Positions 55,640 through 64,000 of a stretch of DNA of 64,000 bases are shown piece by piece. The notes under the pieces are model-generated. The model did not search any database and was not told the DNA's origin. It was given only the letters and a program-made list of their open reading frames with translations. This DNA comes from the human T2T-CHM13v2.0 reference genome, Homo sapiens. Both the position numbers and the translations under genes were made by a program. The DNA lies in the NCBI RefSeq assembly GCF_009914755.1, contig NC_060940.1; one strand, written 5' to 3'. Position 1 is the first letter of the stretch. Each line of letters starts with the position of its first letter.

Positions 55640-57060
55640 CATTGAGGCGTTCGTTCCCCGAGAACCGCACTACCTCACAAGAGCCTTTGCCTCGCAGCCT
55701 TCCCTTCCTCCCTCTTCCTCCGGGCTCCAAAGCCTGTCGAGCCTGCACAGATTTTCCCTTGATTCCATCTGGGCCCCGCAGCCGGAGGCGGTCTGAGAGA
55801 AGTCCCAGCCGCCCTCAGACCCCGCCCTCCGCCTATCCCTGGGGGGAGCTGCGGGTGCCCCTTTTTACTGAGACCTCCCCTAGTTCCGCTCGAGCGCAGC
55901 CAGCCAGGAGAAGGAGCGCGTGCGTCCACACGGGTCGCCCTTCGCGGTTGCAAACCTGCTTTGATGCCCTGGGAGCGCAGGGGGGCCCCTAAGTGAGGCA
56001 GTTCATAAATAATAGATTTGGAAATACTCGATAGAGGGGAAATGGTTCCTCGGGAGGCCTCCTGCCCCCGCCCCCCGCCGGGCTGCCTTCCAGCTCTCAG
56101 GAATGGCGTTCTGGTCCATTCCCAAGGAACTCGTGACGGCGCGGGGTGGCCTGTGGTGAGTGGGGGGCCAGAGGCTTCCGCGCGGGGTCACACCCCCACC
56201 GCCGTGCAAGTTGCAGCGCGGCCAGAGCCGGGCCAAGTTTCCCAAAGCCCGTGTCTCCGCAGCAAAGTCTGCAAGAAGTTGGGGGGACGCCCGGGCCCGC
56301 GTGGGTCTCCCACCGACCCCCGGGCCGCGCCCCTGCAGCGGCTAGAGCTTGCGAGGCGTGGACGCCGCCCGGCCGGGGCCGCGTTGCTCGGGGAAGGCGG
56401 GCGTCCCGGGGAAGGGGCGGCGGGCACGAGGCGCGGGGCACTCACCGCTTCCTTCTTGGTGGGCTCACTGCGGAGCCGCGCCCGAGGCGCGCGAGGCCCG
56501 CCCGGGCGCTGGTGGTGGTGGCGGCGGCGGTCGGGCTCGGGGGGCCGCGGCGACGAGCCTGCAAGACAGAGCAGCGGGGGTCATGGCCCGGCCGGCGCTC
56601 GGGCAGCCGCGCGCCTCCCGCGGTCCCGCCCCGCTCCTAGAGGGCGGCGCTGACGGCAGCCGCCGGGCCGCGGGCGCCAGGATTGCACGGGCCAGGCGCG
56701 GGGCGGAGCGGGCCCGCCCGTCGCCTCCCTGGGGAGCGTGCCAGGACCCGCCCGGCGCCCTCGGCGGCGGTCCCGACCCCTCGCTGCTTGCCTGTTTCCT
56801 CCCTCCAGGCCCCGGGCAGTCCCGGGGAAAGTTTGGGCCGCGGCCCGTAGGGCTCCCCACCGTGCGCCCCTCTCCGGGGCTGGGTGCCGGGCTCCCTGAG
56901 GCCCTGCACCCCAGCCCTGGGTGTTGAAAAAGGGCACCAGGGTTCCTCCCATACTGGGGGGCCCGGGTTCAGTGGACCTCGCCGCCCGGAAGCGAAGAGG
57001 GGAGGCGAGAACAGCCCCCCCGCCCCATCTCGCCGTCTGCAGCCGCCCTCCCCTTGTGCA
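55640..57060. promoter_or_regulatory. CpG-island promoter of C16orf74
   Basis: Very high GC and unsuppressed CpG; Sp1 GC boxes (cccgcccc ~56625-56632, ggggcggagc ~56700-56709); no TATA box seen. Confidence 0.9.
56446..56620 (-). other. C16orf74: C16orf74 exon 1 (5' UTR; TSS approximate)
   Basis: Donor AAGCG|GTGAGT at 56446/56445 inside the CpG island, with GC boxes just upstream. Confidence 0.8.
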
Positions 57061-57271
57061 GGACCCCAGGGACTGGTAGGCAGTGCCCCTTCCCTGTGGC
57101 TGCAGCTGTGGGGGTTCCCTTTTGCTCTCCACGCAAGCCTTTGCACCCCACTTCGGGGGCGAACCCTGGGTTGCAGCCTACAAGGAGGTCAGGGCTTGCC
57201 TCCTGGCCCCCTGGGCAGCTTCAGGTGTTTGGTGATGACCTTGATGAGCATCAGGGAGAGGAATCCCCCAC

Positions 57272-57317
57272 CTCCCCGCGGTGTGGACACAGAGCTCCCC
57301 GCGGTGTGGACACAGAG
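57272..57317. repeat. Perfect 23-bp tandem duplication
   Basis: ctccccgcggtgtggacacagag occurs twice. Confidence 0.95.
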
Positions 57318-58974
57318 GTCTTTTGGCCAGATGAGCTTCTTAGGAGGCACACTCCCTCCGTCAGCCCTACCTGTGTGGAGGCCTCTGCAGACACCTGCCC
57401 AGTGGGGCAGGAGGAACAGAAAGATGCCTGCCCTGTGCTTTCTATGTCATTGTCACAAGCCTGTGGTACCCTGTCCACCCTACAAGCCCAACGTCTCCAC
57501 ACCCCCTGCCCTATATATTTCTGGAGGCTTAGAAGGGGAAACTGAGTCACAGAGCAGGAAAGTGACATTCCTTTAGTGAATGTGGCAAAGAGTTGCAGGA
57601 AATGGAGTCATCTTCCTAGCCGTGTGCTGCTGCTTGAGTCATTCCTAAAAATGGGGCGATCTTTAGGTTCCCCTGACCTTATAGAGTCCAGACTGACAGG
57701 CAGGAAATGTATCATGTCCCCCACTCCCCCGCCTCTAACAAAGAGAAGGGGCAGGCCTGGGGCAGGACGTTCCTTCCATTCGTCCCCACCCTCCGGAGGC
57801 AGGATGGGACCTGCCGCTGGCCGGTGCTGGGGTGGTGGGCGTGCCCATCAAAGCTGCTGCCCCAGCTGCTGGGCTGGGGGAGGCCTGTGCAGGTGGCTCC
57901 CTGCTGAGGGCACATCCCTGGGGAGGGGCTAGAAAGCCAGAAAGAGCTCAGAGGCTTCAGGGTAGGAGGGTTAGGGGGCTCAACAAGCTGGCTGTGGGCA
58001 AATCATCATGCCTGGCTGTGTGCCGGCCCTTCGCTGGGTGTGGGGAGGCAGGGACCAGACCTAGGCTTCTGAGGAACTAAGATGGACAAGCCTAGGCGAC
58101 TAAGAACTGAGGCTCCGGGACCCCACGGCACAGCGTCTCCCTCCTCCATCAGTCACCTCCCAGCCCAGCTGTCCCTGCCCTGCAGCCAGGTTCCCTTTCA
58201 TGATTGTGCAAAGATTTGATTAATATCTATCTCCCCCGCACTGCCGGTTCCTGCCCATCCCAGGGGATCCCTGTGCCCCAGCCCCTCAGGAGTCAGCGGG
58301 TCCCTGGGGAAGTGCAGCACCTCCTGAAGGTCCCAAGGGGCCATTTCCTGGGCTGCTGAGGGTCCTATGTCCTGCTCCTCTCCAGGGAGCTTTGGGGCAG
58401 AGCTGCTGTGAACTGTCTCCTCTAATGGTGGCAGCGGAAGTCCCTAGGGATGACAGACAAGCAGTTGCCCTCACCCCTGCTTTCTTGTTCTGGAAGGGTG
58501 CAGAAGGAGTGACACTGGTGGAGATCAGCTTGTCTCTGGGCTTCAGTTTCCTCAAAGGAGAACTGGGGATTTACTTATTTATCAGGTTATGTGTTTAACC
58601 TGGCGCCAACTGGGCAGGCGGCCCTCACGTCACTGCCTGTTCATGACAACCCTCTCAGGTGTGGGGCCCGAGGCTTAGGGAGGTCACAGGTCCTGGGTCT
58701 CCCAGCCAGTGAGGACTGCCTTCTGACTCTGCTCCGTCTCCTCCACTCCTGCGCTCTCCTGCCCCCAGCGGAGACAGGAGCCGCTCATCACAGGGGAGTT
58801 TGGCCCAAGCCTCAGCCCTGGGGGAGGGGACGGTGCACTAATGACTGGAGGCCGAGGAGGATGTGTTTTGTCAACTGTACAGACTGAGATGAGGAGTGGA
58901 AAGAATCCGGCTGCCTCCTCCCCCAGGAGGCTGCTGCCGTGAGAACAGTGGGTTTACACTCCAGCGTCACTTTC

Positions 58975-59178
58975 CCAGTGTCTGCGCTGTTGGCATCTGC
59001 CCGGTCACCCTTTGTGCTGGGGGGCTGTCCTGCGCCCTGTGGGTGCTGAGAATCTTCCCTGGCCTCTACCTACGAGGTGCCAGGAGAGCCGTTCCTCAAA
59101 GTCATGACAACCAAAAAATATCTCCCAACATTGCCACCTGTGCCCTGGGAGCACCATGCCCTTGGCTGAGAACCCCTG
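58975..59178. mobile_element. MER20-like hAT DNA transposon
   Basis: ccctggcctctacc...tgacaaccaaaaaatatctccca...ggctgagaacccctg. Confidence 0.7.
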
Positions 59179-59356
59179 AGTATTTTCCAATAGTTCCCGG
59201 CCCTGACTGCATGCCAGGATCACCTGGCAAGCTGACAAATAAATAAATAAAAATGAATGAAGCAAATACCCAGGTCCTGGCCTCGCCCCATGGGCTCTGA
59301 CTTAATTGGCCCAGCTAGGGCCCAGGTATGGGTGTTACGTAAAAACCCCTAGGTGA

Positions 59357-59597
59357 GGCCAGGTGTGGTGGTTGATGGCTGTAATCTCAGCACTTTGGGA
59401 GGCTGAGGCGGGAGGATTGCTCAAGTCCAGGAGCTCGAGACCAGCTTGGGCAACATGGTGAGACATCCCCACACACAACCCCTGCCATCTCTACAAAAAA
59501 TATAAAAATTTGCCAGGTATAGTGGCGCATGCTTGTAGTTCCAGCTACTTGGGAGGCTGAGGTGGGAGGATTGTTTGAGCCTAGGAGGTCGAGGCTG
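59357..59597 (+). mobile_element. Truncated old Alu
   Basis: Alu consensus. Confidence 0.85.
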
Positions 59598-60599
59598 ACC
59601 CAGATGATGTTAATAGTTGGCTCTGACAGAGAACTTTGAATCTAGCAGCAGAGAGCCCAGCTGCACGTCACTTTCCTGGCAGCCAGGTGAAGTGCTTGCC
59701 AGAGAAACTTGGTCTTGACCTTGGGGTGGGGCTGGTGGCGGGCAGCTGCTAGTGGGGACCCATGGGCTCTGGGAGGAGAGTCCCGCTCAGCAGCCTCACC
59801 TTGTCCCACCACCTGGGAAGAGCTGCAGGGAGCACTGAGCCTGCAGACCCCGGAGACGAGGCCAGGGCTGTGGCCCCACACCTGCCTGTGATCAGAATCC
59901 CCTGGAGTGCGGGGAAAGGCAGGTGCTGGAGGCTGGGATTCTTCAGGTGCGGGGTACAGGATGGGAAGGTAGGCCCCTGACACCAAAGCCCTCTGAGTCC
60001 CGTCTTTCCTTCTCAGACCTGGAGACTCGGTCTGCAGAGGAAGTAGGAGAAGAAGAATTAGAGCAATTTCTCCCCCCCGTCTCCCCTTGGGGATTAATGG
60101 TTGGGAGAGCAGCTTCCTGTGCACAGTTTGACAAGAGCTCTACACATTTACTGGCGCCCATCAGGCACCACTCCAGGCCCTGAGAATAGAGAGGCTGAGA
60201 GAGACAGGCCAAACCCTGCCCCTCATGGGCACCAGAGCCTGAGTGCTACGGGGAAAATGCTTACAGCGGAGGCTATAAAGGGTGGGGGTGGGGAGTCAAA
60301 ATTGTAGACAGGATGGGCAGGAAAAAGCTTCTGTGAGCCAGTGATTGTAGAGGAAGCCCTGGCAGGTGCAAGGGAGCTGCCCTGTGGGCGTCAGGAGGAA
60401 AAGCTCCCAGGAAAGTTCTGGGTTCCGGGTGCAGGATGAGACGAGCACCCCGCAGCCACACCCCACTCTGCAGGGACCTGAGCCCGGGGGCTCCGCATCA
60501 CCTCCTAGGGGTCCTGCAGGGTGGGGAGTGGGGCTAGCAGGGAGACCCTCTTCCCATTCACAACTCCCCACGTCCTACCAACACGTGGTGCACCTGTGA

Positions 60600-61476
<877 letters not shown>

Positions 61477-62369
61477 TCAGCCTGTGGCTCTGCAGCCCCT
61501 GCTCTGAGATGCCCCCTCCTCATGCCCCACACCGGCCTCCTGAGTGTGTCCCCAAACACCGGCGCCCTCTATCCCCGCCCCCCACAGCTCTGCCTCCCTT
61601 AGGGCCAAGGGTTCCTCTTGCAGCAGTGGGAGCTGAGTCTCTCACCACTGAGCCCTATGCCCGGGCCCCTGGCAGGCACTGGTTTATTGAGCAGCATCAG
61701 CGTGGGGCCCAGGGACGTCGGAACAGCCTCTGCCTGAGATTTCAGACGGATGGAATGAACCTCACTTTGTCTTTCTGGGAGCAAACGTCGGGGAGCGAGG
61801 TGGCAGGGGATCTGGAATCCCCTGACCTGGGCTGAAGCCTCGGCAGCCCCTCACGGGCTGTGTGAGACCTTAGCGACATCATTCGGCCTCTCTGAGTGTC
61901 AGTGTTTCACCCCAGCATGGGCTGAGGAGAACCACTCAGAGGACCGCTGTGAAGATGGAGTGAGCGTGAATGTTAATTCACCATGAAGTCGAGGGAACCA
62001 GACGAATCATAGCTAGTGTTTGTGGTGAGCTGCCTAAGTTCCAGGCACTGCTTCAAATACAAACTTTGCATAGAGTTCTGAGGTCAGTACTATTTTGATT
62101 CCCCTTTTGCAGATGAAGTGACTGATGCATAGAGCGGTGTCCTCACTTTTGCCCCAGGTGAGTGGGGGTCAGAGCCTGGGTTCCCGCTAGGCAGTCTGAT
62201 TGGGATTCTCACCGTGCTGTCCCTCAGTGGACATGGATCAGAGTCACACACAGTGGCCACCCAGGTGTTAAAGGGACGACAGGAAACAGACTCAAGCCCA
62301 GGCTGTTGTACCTAGCACAAAAAGCGTCTCCCAACAGAGGGGAAGTCCCAAGAATAGTTGGCCACATCA

Positions 62370-64000
<1,631 letters not shown>

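Noticed and set aside
56018-57576. Overlapping long ORFs in the CpG island
   Set aside because: High GC suppresses stops in all frames. Only the ATG-initiated uORF within exon 1 was kept.

Overview
Human-type genomic DNA, GC-rich and very Alu-dense, with no prokaryotic content. The window holds one complete minus-strand gene that the ORF track misses because it is spliced: C16orf74 (calcimembrin/CLMB, chr16q24). Exons reconstructed from splice signals are a non-coding exon 1 in a CpG island (donor at 56446/56445), exon 2 at 40743-40698 (ATG at 40725), exon 3 at 15838-15695, and exon 4 from 13591 to about 13035 (TGA 13535-13533, AATAAA 13063-13058). The 231-nt CDS encodes the 76-aa microprotein [76 protein letters not shown], with an N-terminal lipidation signal and a composite calcineurin-docking LxVPxIxIT motif. 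Intron 1 hosts MIR1910 (47138-47217). The rest is Alu, MaLR/ERV LTR, L1/L2/MIR, hAT MITEs and several minisatellites. I found no convincing wholly new system. The best leads are regulatory: a uORF in exon 1, a frame-preserving skippable docking exon, an Alu inserted at the poly(A) cleavage site, a candidate antisense spliced RNA next to a higher-order minisatellite, an AP-1/TEAD/NFAT cluster, and a MER53 hairpin with paired substitutions. Repeat family names and boundaries are by-eye estimates.
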